Positions 33,024 through 44,414 of a stretch of DNA of 64,000 nucleotides are shown here, in pieces. Numbering within the stretch: the stretch's first letter is position 1; every line of letters starts with the position of its first letter. Below the pieces are notes generated by a model, which saw nothing but the letters and a program-made list of their open reading frames with translations, was not told where the DNA came from and made no database searches. The stretch comes from Patescibacteria group bacterium. GTDB taxonomy: Bacteria; Patescibacteriota; Minisyncoccia; Phycocordibacterales; UBA9973. The stretch lies in NCBI GenBank assembly GCA_038063515.1, contig JBBTUY010000004.1, positions 35,717 to 99,716 on the forward strand, in the 5' to 3' direction. The translations under genes and the position numbers were made by a program.

Positions 33024-33797
33024 TTATATTTTACCATATCTCCCTATTTTTGTCCTTTTTATCATATACGCGAGTGCTGGTACACACATCTTCTCCCCGA
33101 GGGCATTTGCTATGGCTCGTACATATGTACCACTGCTACATGTAGTCACGAACTTAGCTATAAAAAACTCTTGATCTACCTTATCAATTTTTGTATTTAA
33201 TTTTTCATCCCACATGTTTAAGATTATTTGTTGCCTAAAATCACCTTCTACTTTAGCTATCCTTTTTTCTATATTAGAAAGTAATTTTTTACCAGATATC
33301 TTCCTCAAACTTAAGAATTCTAAATTCTTTACATTTACTTCTCTCGTCGTAACGGGTACATCTAAGCCTTCTCTCGCGTAAACAAATAGTGCTTTACCAT
33401 CTACTGTCTTTGAGGAATACGCTGGATAAGTCTGGATGAATCCACCTTTGAAATATTTTAAATTATCTTTTATAGAATTTGATAAATTTTTACGATTATA
33501 ACTTTTGATATATCTAAATACAGGTGGAGATGTGACTTTTCCTAAGATGTCATACGTATCTGTAGAAAAACCAAAAAGAACTTCAAATACGTATTCTTTA
33601 GTCAAAGCCAAATATTTATCTTTATTTTTAACTTCTTCACCTGTTAAGACTAGGAGCAGACCTCTTGCCATAGGATCCAGACGCCCCGCATAAGTCATTT
33701 TGATTTTTTCGTATCCTTTATTTTTTAGACGGAAATTATCAAGTGCAGCAAGAGGTGTCTCCCCTTCTTTTTTATCAATGACAACAACTTTCTTCAT
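33024..33797 (-). CDS. truB: tRNA pseudouridine synthase, TruB-like
   Basis: KKEGETP, YAGRLDPMARG (catalytic Asp), PAYSS, CSSGTYVR. Confidence 0.8.
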   Translation of the reverse strand: MKKVVVIDKKEGETPLAALDNFRLKNKGYEKIKMTYAGRLDPMARGLLLVLTGEEVKNKDKYLALTKEYVFEVLFGFSTDTYDILGKVTSPPVFRYIKSYNRKNLSNSIKDNLKYFKGGFIQTYPAYSSKTVDGKALFVYAREGLDVPVTTREVNVKNLEFLSLRKISGKKLLSNIEKRIAKVEGDFRQQIILNMWDEKLNTKIDKVDQEFFIAKFVTTCSSGTYVRAIANALGEKMCVPALAYMIKRTKIGRYGKI

Positions 33798-33896
33798 AGA
33801 TTTATTTATTGTGTAGCGGATGTAGATGTGCTATTATGCCTACTGCTCCAACTATAATCTTAAGTCTATTTGATTACTAGCTATAATACTATCTAA

Positions 33897-34124
33897 CTAA
33901 CCCAAATTATCTAAATCATGTTTGGAGTAATTCACAGCAACCACAGGTACATTAAAACCAGGGTGTTCATTTGGGCAAATAACAACAGCACCTTCACCAA
34001 TAGATGTTAAAACACCACTAACTTCTTTCCTGCAATACTGACAAGTTATTTTTATAGTGTCACCTATACGTTGCCCTAATTTTCTCTCTTGAGAATTAGA
34101 CTTATTTTCTAATTTTATTTCCAT
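33897..34124 (-). CDS. Hypothetical small protein, possible Zn ribbon
   Basis: CQYC...CPNEH; 75 aa. Confidence 0.45.
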   Translation of the reverse strand: MEIKLENKSNSQERKLGQRIGDTIKITCQYCRKEVSGVLTSIGEGAVVICPNEHPGFNVPVVAVNYSKHDLDNLG

Positions 34125-34227
34125 ATATTTATTAAGATTAAGTATTAAAAACTAATAATATGCTATATTATATCACAAAAATTTTATTTTGTTAAAAACT
34201 TCAAAATAGTGTAGATTATATAAGCAC

Positions 34228-34312
34228 GGAGGCGTCGCATAGCGGTCTAGTGCACCATCTTGGAAAGGTGGCATACCGAAAGGTATCGAGAGTTCAAATC
34301 TCTCCGCCTCCG
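34228..34312 (+). tRNA. tRNA-Ser(GGA)
   Basis: Acceptor GGAGGCG/CGCCTCC, G73, anticodon arm CCATC-TTGGAAA-GGTGG, long variable arm, GTTCAAATC T-loop. Confidence 0.95.
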
Positions 34313-34382
34313 CATTGACAACCTGTTAGTTTTGATGACCCACTTAGTTATGTACTAAGTGCGACCCACAAAGCTTCATGTT

Positions 34383-34416
34383 ACAAAAAAGAACGATGAG
34401 TATCGTTCTTTTTTGT
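34383..34416. terminator. Bidirectional intrinsic terminator
   Basis: ACAAAAAAGAACGAT-gagt-ATCGTTCTTTTTTGT between convergent genes. Confidence 0.75.
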
Positions 34417-34430
34417 TGATATAAAATATT

Positions 34431-34616
34431 TTATGCCGTCTCAAATCTTGCCTTATTATCCACCATCCACTTATCTTGATCTTCTTTTGTCTTAGATGGA
34501 TTACTCATTACATAAGCATGAGCTTCCATGTAGTGAGGCATAAGTGCTTGCATCCATTGTTCAAACGTTTCGCCTTGTGCTGTCGCTTCACATAAATCAC
34601 ATTTCAATGTTTTCAT
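34431..34616 (-). CDS. Small putative metal-binding protein (DUF1059-like)
   Basis: MKTLKCDLC..GETFEQW..HY..AH pattern. Confidence 0.55.
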   Translation of the reverse strand: MKTLKCDLCEATAQGETFEQWMQALMPHYMEAHAYVMSNPSKTKEDQDKWMVDNKARFETA

Positions 34617-34659
34617 AGTATTTAAAAGTTATTAATAATTGATTATATTATAAGACTTT

Positions 34660-34953
34660 TTATATTAATCCCAAACTAAAAGAAATTGTATCTTCAGAAA
34701 ATATCTCTTCTTTTTTACGAACGAGAGCTTTTAGTGGTAGTAGGTATGTACCAGATCTCTTGTCTGGAAAGATCGATGTCTTCCATTTTGTTTTACCTAT
34801 AGTTACCATGACTGGAATAGAACCGAAACCTGCTTTTACTTTAGATCCTTTCTTTATTTCTTCTGACTCTTTCTTTGGAACACCTGCAAAATGCCATCCT
34901 GCCATACCAGGATAGAGCCAGACTTTTGATCTAAATTTATAAACTTTTTTCAT
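34660..34953 (-). CDS. DUF1905 family protein
   Basis: GWHF, GFGSIPV..TIG..WKTSIFP..YLLPLK. Confidence 0.8.
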   Translation of the reverse strand: MKKVYKFRSKVWLYPGMAGWHFAGVPKKESEEIKKGSKVKAGFGSIPVMVTIGKTKWKTSIFPDKRSGTYLLPLKALVRKKEEIFSEDTISFSLGLI

Positions 34954-34962
34954 TATTTTTAA

Positions 34963-36207
34963 CTAATGCATTTTCATCTCTTCTAGCATATTTTTATCAC
35001 TTTCAATCTTTTTAAATATCTCTGGGTTCTCATCCCCTGTAACTTCAAGTACTGCCCACGCACCTTTATTCATTCGTGCGAGAGCGTGATCCACGAGTAA
35101 GTATTTACCAGGGACATCAACAGTAAACTCTACAATGCTTGCTCCACCTGGGAGAACAGCGGTTGCTTGAGTATTATGCTCCATCGCACCTCCAATACTC
35201 GCATTTGGATACACGGTATCAAAAATTTCACCAATTACATGGAAAGATGATATTAGGTTCACGCCACCATTACCGACATACATACGAATTCTATCTCCCA
35301 CTTTTGCTTGCATTCGTGGTGTTGTTTCAATGCGACCATTGAAAGTTACATAATTAGGCTGTCCGTCCAAGAGTGCATCAGGGTCAAATGGTACCAGTCC
35401 TTTTTTTCCAAGTTGCCCCATAGTGTATAGCTCTCCTTGCATAACATAAAATTCTTTATCAACTTCTGCAAATCCTTCTTTTGGATCAACTAAAATCATT
35501 CCGTATTGTCCATGTGAATTGTGAGTTGAAACATTGGGCATCGCACAATGATATATATAAAGACCTGGATTTAATGCTTTCCATCTAAATGTTTTTGTTT
35601 CTCCAGGTGCCACATGGGTAACTGACGCTCCGCCTCCTGGGCCTGTAACTGCATGCAGATCTATATTGTGATCATGTAGGCTTGACGGGTCATTTGTCAG
35701 TGTTAATTCTACCGTATCTCCCTCGCGTATACGAAGCATTGGACCAGGAACTTGTTTATTGTATGTCCAGTAGTTGAAATAAATTCCAGGGGATATCTCT
35801 CCGAGGACTTCTTGTGCAGTCAAACTAATACGCACAATACCGTCTGCGTCAGGTGCTTGTGGTTTTTCTGGAACAACTGTCGGATCTGCACCAATATCTG
35901 CGACTTTATCGAAACGATTTTCATATCTAAAAAAATCTATAATTTTAGCAAATGGGATAGATGGAGGGAGTCCACCTGGAGCGTGTGAATGCACAAATGC
36001 TGGCATAGCAAAATCAGGAGGATAAGTTTTGTTTGCCACTAGTCCTGTGAAAAAAGCAATAACAATTAGAGCGACTGGGATGTATAGCCATTTTTGCTTA
36101 AAAATTGAATGGAAATGCCCTTGTTTCCATACATATCGCACAATTACGATAAAGGCTATAAATCCTACTATTCCAGATATCATTTCAAAAATAAGGTATT
36201 TGAACAT
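34963..36207 (-). CDS. nirK: Copper-containing nitrite reductase with N-terminal TM helices
   Basis: PGPMLR, HNIDLHAVTGPGGG, YHCA..H..GQYGM, SSFHVIGEIFD, VDHA. Confidence 0.92.
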   Translation of the reverse strand: MFKYLIFEMISGIVGFIAFIVIVRYVWKQGHFHSIFKQKWLYIPVALIVIAFFTGLVANKTYPPDFAMPAFVHSHAPGGLPPSIPFAKIIDFFRYENRFDKVADIGADPTVVPEKPQAPDADGIVRISLTAQEVLGEISPGIYFNYWTYNKQVPGPMLRIREGDTVELTLTNDPSSLHDHNIDLHAVTGPGGGASVTHVAPGETKTFRWKALNPGLYIYHCAMPNVSTHNSHGQYGMILVDPKEGFAEVDKEFYVMQGELYTMGQLGKKGLVPFDPDALLDGQPNYVTFNGRIETTPRMQAKVGDRIRMYVGNGGVNLISSFHVIGEIFDTVYPNASIGGAMEHNTQATAVLPGGASIVEFTVDVPGKYLLVDHALARMNKGAWAVLEVTGDENPEIFKKIESDKNMLEEMKMH

Positions 36208-36232
36208 ATAAAATATTTATTACATTAATAAT

Positions 36233-36688
36233 CTACAAACTTGAAATATCGGCGTAGTTAAACAATACTCCAAATGCCTTACACCAAACCATCACATATT
36301 TGTAATCTTTGATATTTGCACTTGTGGGTATTTTGTAATTTATATTTCCTTCAGTTGCTTTTACTTTACCCAAGCTTATATACTCTTTTGCATCCAAATC
36401 TTTAGATAGATAAACATAAATATCTGGTCCATTGATTGTTTTAAAGTTTTCATATCGTACATATGTATCAGTTCCATCTGAAACAATACGAATTGATCCA
36501 CTAGCTTCGTGTCCTCCTGTACCTACTATTTGAGCAGATTTAATTTCTACTTCTTTTGGTATATCTTTTGTATTTGAAACAGGTACAGCTTCGTTAGCTT
36601 TTATGTTTATGAAAAGTGGAGAGATAAGATAGTATCCAATTCCAATTACTGCGATTATTACTAATATGATTAATAACTTTTTAACCAT
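36233..36688 (-). CDS. DM13 domain protein, membrane anchored
   Basis: GPDIYVYLS, LGKVKATEGNINY, VWCKAFGVLF. Confidence 0.85.
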   Translation of the reverse strand: MVKKLLIILVIIAVIGIGYYLISPLFINIKANEAVPVSNTKDIPKEVEIKSAQIVGTGGHEASGSIRIVSDGTDTYVRYENFKTINGPDIYVYLSKDLDAKEYISLGKVKATEGNINYKIPTSANIKDYKYVMVWCKAFGVLFNYADISSL

Positions 36689-36731
36689 GATCTAATGTTA
36701 ACATTTTCTTGTTATTTTTTCTACCAATAAA

Positions 36732-36747
36732 GTAAAGACAGCTTTAC
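36732..36747. promoter_or_regulatory. Putative operator GTAAAG-N4-CTTTAC
   Basis: Palindrome in the divergent promoter region of the XRE gene; a second copy lies at 37378-37393. Confidence 0.6.
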
Positions 36748-36787
36748 ATCAACCAAATAAATATGTATACTCAAAATACGAAAATAT

Positions 36788-37000
36788 ATGAAAGAATGCA
36801 TAAAAAATGAAGTCGGGAAATTACGGACGCAAGTAGGGGCTACTCAAGAAGATCTTGCTAGCAAGGTCAGCGTGAGCCGTCAAACCATTATTGCTCTTGA
36901 GAAGGGCAACTACACCCCGTCTATATTATTAGCATTAAAGATTGCTGGCTACTTCAAGATGCCAGTAGAGAAAGTATTTAAAATATCATATGAAAAATAA
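36788..37000 (+). CDS. XRE-family HTH transcriptional regulator
   Basis: TQEDLASKVSVSRQTIIALEKGNYTPS. Confidence 0.92.
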   Translation: MKECIKNEVGKLRTQVGATQEDLASKVSVSRQTIIALEKGNYTPSILLALKIAGYFKMPVEKVFKISYEK

Positions 37001-37352
37001 CATCAAAGAAATAATCATAACTGTGTGCTTGATTGCGATAGCAATTATTTTACTGAACCCCTTCCATTTTTGGATGCCAGACATGATGGTTATGTGCATG
37101 CTCGCTATAGCTCTTGCTCTCTTTGGTGTATTTGCAAGCTTCATACTTCGGGAGCAAACAGTAGACGAACGAGATGATGTTCATCGAACTCTTGCAGGAA
37201 GAAATGCATTCCTTGCTGGGTCATCAATTCTGATGATTGGTATAGTAATACAAGGATACTCACACGCCGTAGACCCATGGTTAGTTATCGCTTTGATAGT
37301 AATGATTCTAGTCAAAGTAGCCACTCGTATGTGGAGTGACAAGAACCTCTAA
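36990..37352 (+). CDS. Membrane protein (DUF2178-like) coupled to the XRE regulator
   Basis: Four hydrophobic segments and a DER motif; overlaps the regulator stop. Confidence 0.7.
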   Translation: MKNNIKEIIITVCLIAIAIILLNPFHFWMPDMMVMCMLAIALALFGVFASFILREQTVDERDDVHRTLAGRNAFLAGSSILMIGIVIQGYSHAVDPWLVIALIVMILVKVATRMWSDKNL

Positions 37353-37366
37353 TATAGAGTTATCCA

Positions 37367-37404
37367 CTAAAACAGATGTAAACCATGCTTTACATCTGTT
37401 TTAG
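37367..37404. promoter_or_regulatory. Long palindrome containing a second operator-like site (GTAAAC-CATG-CTTTAC); may also act as terminator
   Basis: CTAAAACAGATGTAAA-ccatgc-TTTACATCTGTTTTAG upstream of the thioredoxin gene. Confidence 0.55.
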
Positions 37405-37455
37405 TATTGTATATACTTTATCTATTATAATTATTAATTAACAAAGAATATATTT

Positions 37456-38034
37456 ATGAATAAAAACACAGGGATTATTATAGGGGTTATTGCACTCGTT
37501 GTGATAGTCGGAGGAATCTATGCATCAACAAATAGTAAAGATGATGCGATGATGGAAAAAGAAAAGATGGAACAGCAAGCCATGGAAGATCAAAAGATGG
37601 CTGAAGAAAAGATGATGATGGAGAAAAAAGCAATGGAAGAGAAAGATGCGATGATAAAAACTGATAGCATGATGAAAAAAGATGAGACAAATATGATGGA
37701 GAAGAGTGATACCATGATGAAGGCTGGTTCTTATGAAGCATATTCAGCAGAGAAAGTTATGTTGGCTTCTAGTACTCACGATGTTGTATTATTTTTTAGA
37801 GCTAGTTGGTGTCCAACATGTATTGCAGTTGATAAAGACATAAAGGCAAATCTCGGAAAGATTCCATCAAGCCTTGCTATTTTAGATGTTAATTATGACA
37901 ACTCAAGTGACCTTAAGAAAAAGTATGGGGTTACATACCAGCACACATTTGTGCAAGTTGATAAAGATGGAAATATGATCAAAAAATGGAGTGGTAGTCC
38001 AACTCTATCTGCTCTCGTTTCTGAAGTAAAATAA
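37456..38034 (+). CDS. Membrane-anchored thioredoxin-like protein with Met-rich linker
   Basis: N-terminal TM, repeated MM motifs, WCPTC, YGVTYQHT. Confidence 0.85.
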   Translation: MNKNTGIIIGVIALVVIVGGIYASTNSKDDAMMEKEKMEQQAMEDQKMAEEKMMMEKKAMEEKDAMIKTDSMMKKDETNMMEKSDTMMKAGSYEAYSAEKVMLASSTHDVVLFFRASWCPTCIAVDKDIKANLGKIPSSLAILDVNYDNSSDLKKKYGVTYQHTFVQVDKDGNMIKKWSGSPTLSALVSEVK

Positions 38035-38035
38035 C

Positions 38036-39799
38036 ATGTTGCTCCTCCTGATCTCATTTGTAAGTGGCGTACTTACAATACTTGCTCCATGTATCCTACC
38101 ATTACTTCCTGTAATTGTCGGACACTCTATCACTGATACTACCCCAAGCAGAAGGAGGCTGTTTGTTGTGGTAGCTTCTCTTGCAGTATCTGTAATACTT
38201 TTTACCTTACTTCTAAAAGCAAGTTCACTGCTTATCGATATACCTCAAGATTTCTGGAAATGGATCTCTGGTGGAATCATATTTTTCTTTGGAATAACCA
38301 TGCTTTTCCCAAGTATATGGGAAAGGTTTTCTTTCGCCAATACTATTTCTCTTAAATCAAACAAGGTTCTAGGAGAGGGGTATAAAAAAGATAGTATTTG
38401 GGGTGATGTAATAATTGGGGCATCACTTGGTCCTATATTTTCTGCTTGTAGCCCCACTTACTTTGTGATCTTGGCTACAATTTTACCAGTGTCACCTATA
38501 TTGGGAATTATATATCTTATGGCGTATGTGCTAGGTTTGTCACTTGCTCTTATTATCGTAGCTCTGTTGGGCGAACGAATTATGGCTAAAGTTGGTAAAG
38601 TTTCAGACCCTAGAGGATGGTTTAAAAAGATATTCGGAATCATTTTTATTCTTGTCGCTATCGCTATTATCTCTGGATATGACAAAAAGCTTCAAATTAG
38701 TTTACTGGATTCAGGATTCCTTGATGTTACAAAAATAGAACAGAAGCTTTTAGATAGTGAGAACAAGACTAAAGAAAATAAAGATGCTTCTATTGAAATT
38801 AATAACTCACAGCCAGAAACAGAAAAAATGTCATTTTTAAGTTTAAAAGAAAAAAGTAAAAAGTTTGAGCTAGCTCCAGATTTGAGTTCTATTGATGGGT
38901 ATATCAATGTAGACAATATATCAAATAAATTACCGATTACTATTTCAGAATACAAGGGCAAGAAAGTGGTACTACTCGATATTTGGACATATAGCTGTAT
39001 CAATTGTCAGCGTACTATTCCATATCTAAATGAATGGCATAAAAAGTATGAAGATGATGGGCTGGTAATTATCGGTCTACACACTCCAGAGTTTGCTTTC
39101 GAGAAAATACAGAAAAATGTTGAAAATGCCGTGCAAGATTTTAAGATAAAATATCCAGTAGTTTTAGATAATGATTTCTCTACATGGCGAGAATATAAAA
39201 ATCAATACTGGCCTAGGAAGTATCTCATAGATATAGATGGTTATATCGTCTATGATCATGCGGGTGAAGGTCAATATGAAGAAACAGAAAGACAGATCCA
39301 GAAAGCATTAGGTGAATTAAATTATCGCTTAAAAACAGAGAAAGAAATAAGTACAGAAATATCAAAACCAAACAATGTTACAGAAGTAAATTCAAATAAA
39401 GTGAACAGTCCAGAAACATATTTTGGGTCAGCAAGAAATAGTATTTTGGCTAATGGAAAGAATGGTGTCAGCGGAAATCAAACTCTCTCACTCCCATCTT
39501 CTATTTCTTTTAACAAACTATATCTCGATGGTACTTGGAACATCACTCCTGAATATGCAGAAAATACAAACTCAGGAATTATTGTCTTCAATTATGAAGC
39601 AAAGAATGTTTACATAACAGCTGGGTCAGAAAATGGAGTTGAAGTAGAAATTTACAAGGATGATGTTTTTATAAAGAAATTAACCATCAAGAATGAAACA
39701 CTCTACCAACTCATAGGAGATTCTGATTATGAGAAGCACACACTGCGTATTATGATACCAAAGTCTGGATTGCAAGCGTTTACATTTACATTTGGATAG
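38036..39799 (+). CDS. DipZ-like protein (CcdA/DsbD TM domain + thioredoxin + C-terminal domain)
   Basis: LAPCILPLLP, FSACSP, WTYSCINCQRT, HTPEFAFEK, SPETYFG, AFTFTFG. Confidence 0.88.
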   Translation: MLLLLISFVSGVLTILAPCILPLLPVIVGHSITDTTPSRRRLFVVVASLAVSVILFTLLLKASSLLIDIPQDFWKWISGGIIFFFGITMLFPSIWERFSFANTISLKSNKVLGEGYKKDSIWGDVIIGASLGPIFSACSPTYFVILATILPVSPILGIIYLMAYVLGLSLALIIVALLGERIMAKVGKVSDPRGWFKKIFGIIFILVAIAIISGYDKKLQISLLDSGFLDVTKIEQKLLDSENKTKENKDASIEINNSQPETEKMSFLSLKEKSKKFELAPDLSSIDGYINVDNISNKLPITISEYKGKKVVLLDIWTYSCINCQRTIPYLNEWHKKYEDDGLVIIGLHTPEFAFEKIQKNVENAVQDFKIKYPVVLDNDFSTWREYKNQYWPRKYLIDIDGYIVYDHAGEGQYEETERQIQKALGELNYRLKTEKEISTEISKPNNVTEVNSNKVNSPETYFGSARNSILANGKNGVSGNQTLSLPSSISFNKLYLDGTWNITPEYAENTNSGIIVFNYEAKNVYITAGSENGVEVEIYKDDVFIKKLTIKNETLYQLIGDSDYEKHTLRIMIPKSGLQAFTFTFG

Positions 39800-39928
39800 A
39801 TAATTATTCTAATGAAGCAATCTTCTTCTCTTTCAATAGAAACCTACTTGGCAGATATACAATCAAATCTCCTTTCTCTGTGGAATATAAAAAGATAGCG
39901 GATAGGGTGTAGGAGATACTACTAAAAG

Positions 39929-41959
<2,031 letters not shown>

Positions 41960-42466
41960 TTAATATCTTGTTTCTAGCTGACGTTCTATCCTATTTGTAC
42001 TTGTGGAAGTACAGGAAGCATCCCCAATATTATAACCTTTAGAAACTATAGTTGTTACAGTTCTAATTCCTGAAGTAGCATCTTTTTGAACTGTTACTAC
42101 TGCACAATTTGTACTACTTGCAGCACCTAAACCAGTTAAAATAAAAGTATATACTCCGTTATTAGGATTACCAGCAATAGCTGCCCAAGTTGCAGTGATG
42201 TTGGAATTTCCGCCACAGTTTACGGTAGTTGATACACCAGGCAAAACAAAACGACTACTTACACCTTTATCATTCATAAGGGCACATTCTATGCCGGTAT
42301 CAGCGGCAAAGAAAGAATCGTTTGTATCCCGTGCCGAAGTAGTGAATTTAAGTTCTTTGAGAGCTATATTTGCAATGCCCAAAGTTATAGAAAGCAAAAT
42401 ACTTGATACTACTACTGCAAATAGTATAACGAAAGCCTTATTCTTTTGTATATTTTGTAATATCAT
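41960..42466 (-). CDS. Minor pilin, PilX-like
   Basis: KA-FVILFAV prepilin-type N-terminus lacking Glu+5; FFAADTGIECAL. Confidence 0.75.
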   Translation of the reverse strand: MILQNIQKNKAFVILFAVVVSSILLSITLGIANIALKELKFTTSARDTNDSFFAADTGIECALMNDKGVSSRFVLPGVSTTVNCGGNSNITATWAAIAGNPNNGVYTFILTGLGAASSTNCAVVTVQKDATSGIRTVTTIVSKGYNIGDASCTSTSTNRIERQLETRY

Positions 42467-42467
42467 A

Positions 42468-43076
42468 TTATTCTACCCAGTTATATAAACTTTCAGTAAA
42501 TGAAACACTTACATAAGCCCCATTTTGTAACCAATATACTGTTGAAGAAATTTTCATTTCATTAGCACTAGGAAAAGGAAAAGTTACACTTATTTTTCGA
42601 TTAAACCCAGCAGACACCCCAAGAGAAGAATTATTGTATTTACCAGTAGTAGAATTATAGTATATGGGTGCATTGCGACAATCATCAAATGAGCATGCTG
42701 TTATAGTCATAGCAGTTATGGGTTGAGTAGGATTATTATAATCTAAACTATCAGCGTTAAAATAGCATCCATTTGTAGTAGCACATAATGCATTCCATGA
42801 AGCTGTAGTAAGCTTGGTTTTAAATGCATTCCAACCAGCCTGTGAGCCACCAGCATCGTTTAATACATATGCATCACGCAAGTTTCTTATATACTCTACT
42901 CCCTCTTGTGCAAGATATGTTGCGACGACTTTCCTTTGTGCATAGTTACCATTATTAGTATCTTTAGCCGAAATAGATATGAGGCCGAGTATAGATGCAG
43001 TAAGGATGGAAATGGCAATAAGGGTCTCTATTAAAGTAAAGCCAAGATTTTTATTTGTTGTATTTTTAAATTTCAT
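42468..43076 (-). CDS. Minor type IV pilin, PilV-like
   Basis: G-FTLIETLIA; LAQEGVEYIRN. Confidence 0.85.
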   Translation of the reverse strand: MKFKNTTNKNLGFTLIETLIAISILTASILGLISISAKDTNNGNYAQRKVVATYLAQEGVEYIRNLRDAYVLNDAGGSQAGWNAFKTKLTTASWNALCATTNGCYFNADSLDYNNPTQPITAMTITACSFDDCRNAPIYYNSTTGKYNNSSLGVSAGFNRKISVTFPFPSANEMKISSTVYWLQNGAYVSVSFTESLYNWVE

Positions 43077-43084
43077 ATAAATAT

Positions 43085-43753
43085 CTAGTTTACATCAATT
43101 AATCTCTGAGAAACTGAAGTTTGCAAATTAAAAGGTGTCTCTCCATTCTTTAAAAGAATTTTACCTACTAGTCTTATGGTAACAAAAGGCTGTTGTCTAT
43201 TACCAGAAGAATAAGACTCTGCGCCCAAAACAGCGAAGGATGAAACTGATTGAATCACAACTTCGTCCGGAGTTAATTTAACGAACCCTGCGGCAGCATA
43301 AGGACCAACAGTAGATTTCCATACAGCAAGTGGATTACCTGGAAGATTAGTATCAGGACCTATATAATAAACCCACTGATCGTTATCACTCGCATTATCA
43401 ATACCATCATTACTTGGAACACCTGTCTCAGGCTCAAAAGATATACCCCAACAATTTGAAGCGTTTGTGGAACTTTTTGGCACACTTACAAGATTAGAAG
43501 TAGTAGTAGGCATAGTGTCGCCTGAAAGAAAACAATGATAATTGTACCCTGTTCTCAAATTTCTAGACATATCTTCCATCATAAAGGTCATATTATCCAT
43601 AATAGATCGTACGTCCTGAGACTTCTGATGTAAAACATTCGCATTCAAAAATGCGCCCATAGCGGTAACAGCAATTATCAAAAAAAGTGACACAGCAATC
43701 ATAGTTTCTATGATTGTATATCCAGTATTATTTTGTAAAAAATTATTTTTCAT
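43085..43753 (-). CDS. Minor type IV pilin, PilW-like
   Basis: G-YTIIETMIAV prepilin motif. Confidence 0.85.
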   Translation of the reverse strand: MKNNFLQNNTGYTIIETMIAVSLFLIIAVTAMGAFLNANVLHQKSQDVRSIMDNMTFMMEDMSRNLRTGYNYHCFLSGDTMPTTTSNLVSVPKSSTNASNCWGISFEPETGVPSNDGIDNASDNDQWVYYIGPDTNLPGNPLAVWKSTVGPYAAAGFVKLTPDEVVIQSVSSFAVLGAESYSSGNRQQPFVTIRLVGKILLKNGETPFNLQTSVSQRLIDVN

Positions 43754-43763
43754 TTTGTCTAAC

Positions 43764-44402
43764 CTAATTCATCTGAACTCTACCCGAAGGGTATATTTTT
43801 ATAAGTGCACTGCCACCTTTTGGTGAAATTACTGTAATCTGTACATATGATACGGCTCCTGCCAATGCGGTACCATTTGAGGTAAAATTCACCCCCGAAT
43901 TAACTCGTGAAAATGTTGCAGTTAAATTACTAGGAGTAGCAGAGACAGTACCAAAAACTTGAATTGCAGATATATAACTTCCTTTAGGAATAGAAACCTT
44001 ACCTAAACATTCTGTGGTTGTACAATGTGGCAAACCATCATAAATACCGTCACTGTCTAAATCGGTAAAATAAATAAACTTTTTATTAAAAAATATGCTG
44101 TCATTTGAGTCATTACTATTAGTTGAATCAAAATAAATACCGTAAGAAGGCTTCCACGTAGAGGGTACAGTAGTCGTAGGTAATTTACCCGACAATGCTG
44201 CTTTCTGAGCCTCCACTATCTTAAGTGCTATTTCATTACCTAAGTTTTTTGTATCAACCTTAGACTGGAAAAATCCGTAATTAAAAGTAATAACAGTGGA
44301 CATAAGAGAAAATATACCGAGAACAACGATAAGCTCCACATACGTCATACCTTTATTGTATTGTTTATGTTTTACTATTTTATTTTTATTTAAATGAAAC
44401 AT
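43764..44402 (-). CDS. Minor type IV pilin, FimT/FimU-like
   Basis: G-MTYVELIVV; C-terminal IYPSGRV. Confidence 0.82.
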   Translation of the reverse strand: MFHLNKNKIVKHKQYNKGMTYVELIVVLGIFSLMSTVITFNYGFFQSKVDTKNLGNEIALKIVEAQKAALSGKLPTTTVPSTWKPSYGIYFDSTNSNDSNDSIFFNKKFIYFTDLDSDGIYDGLPHCTTTECLGKVSIPKGSYISAIQVFGTVSATPSNLTATFSRVNSGVNFTSNGTALAGAVSYVQITVISPKGGSALIKIYPSGRVQMN

Positions 44403-44414
44403 TATTTAAAAGTT

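Noticed and set aside
37540-37725. ATGATG/GAAAA-rich repeats resembling a tandem array
   Set aside because: They encode the Met/Lys/Glu-rich linker of the thioredoxin; there is no repeat-spacer periodicity, so not CRISPR.
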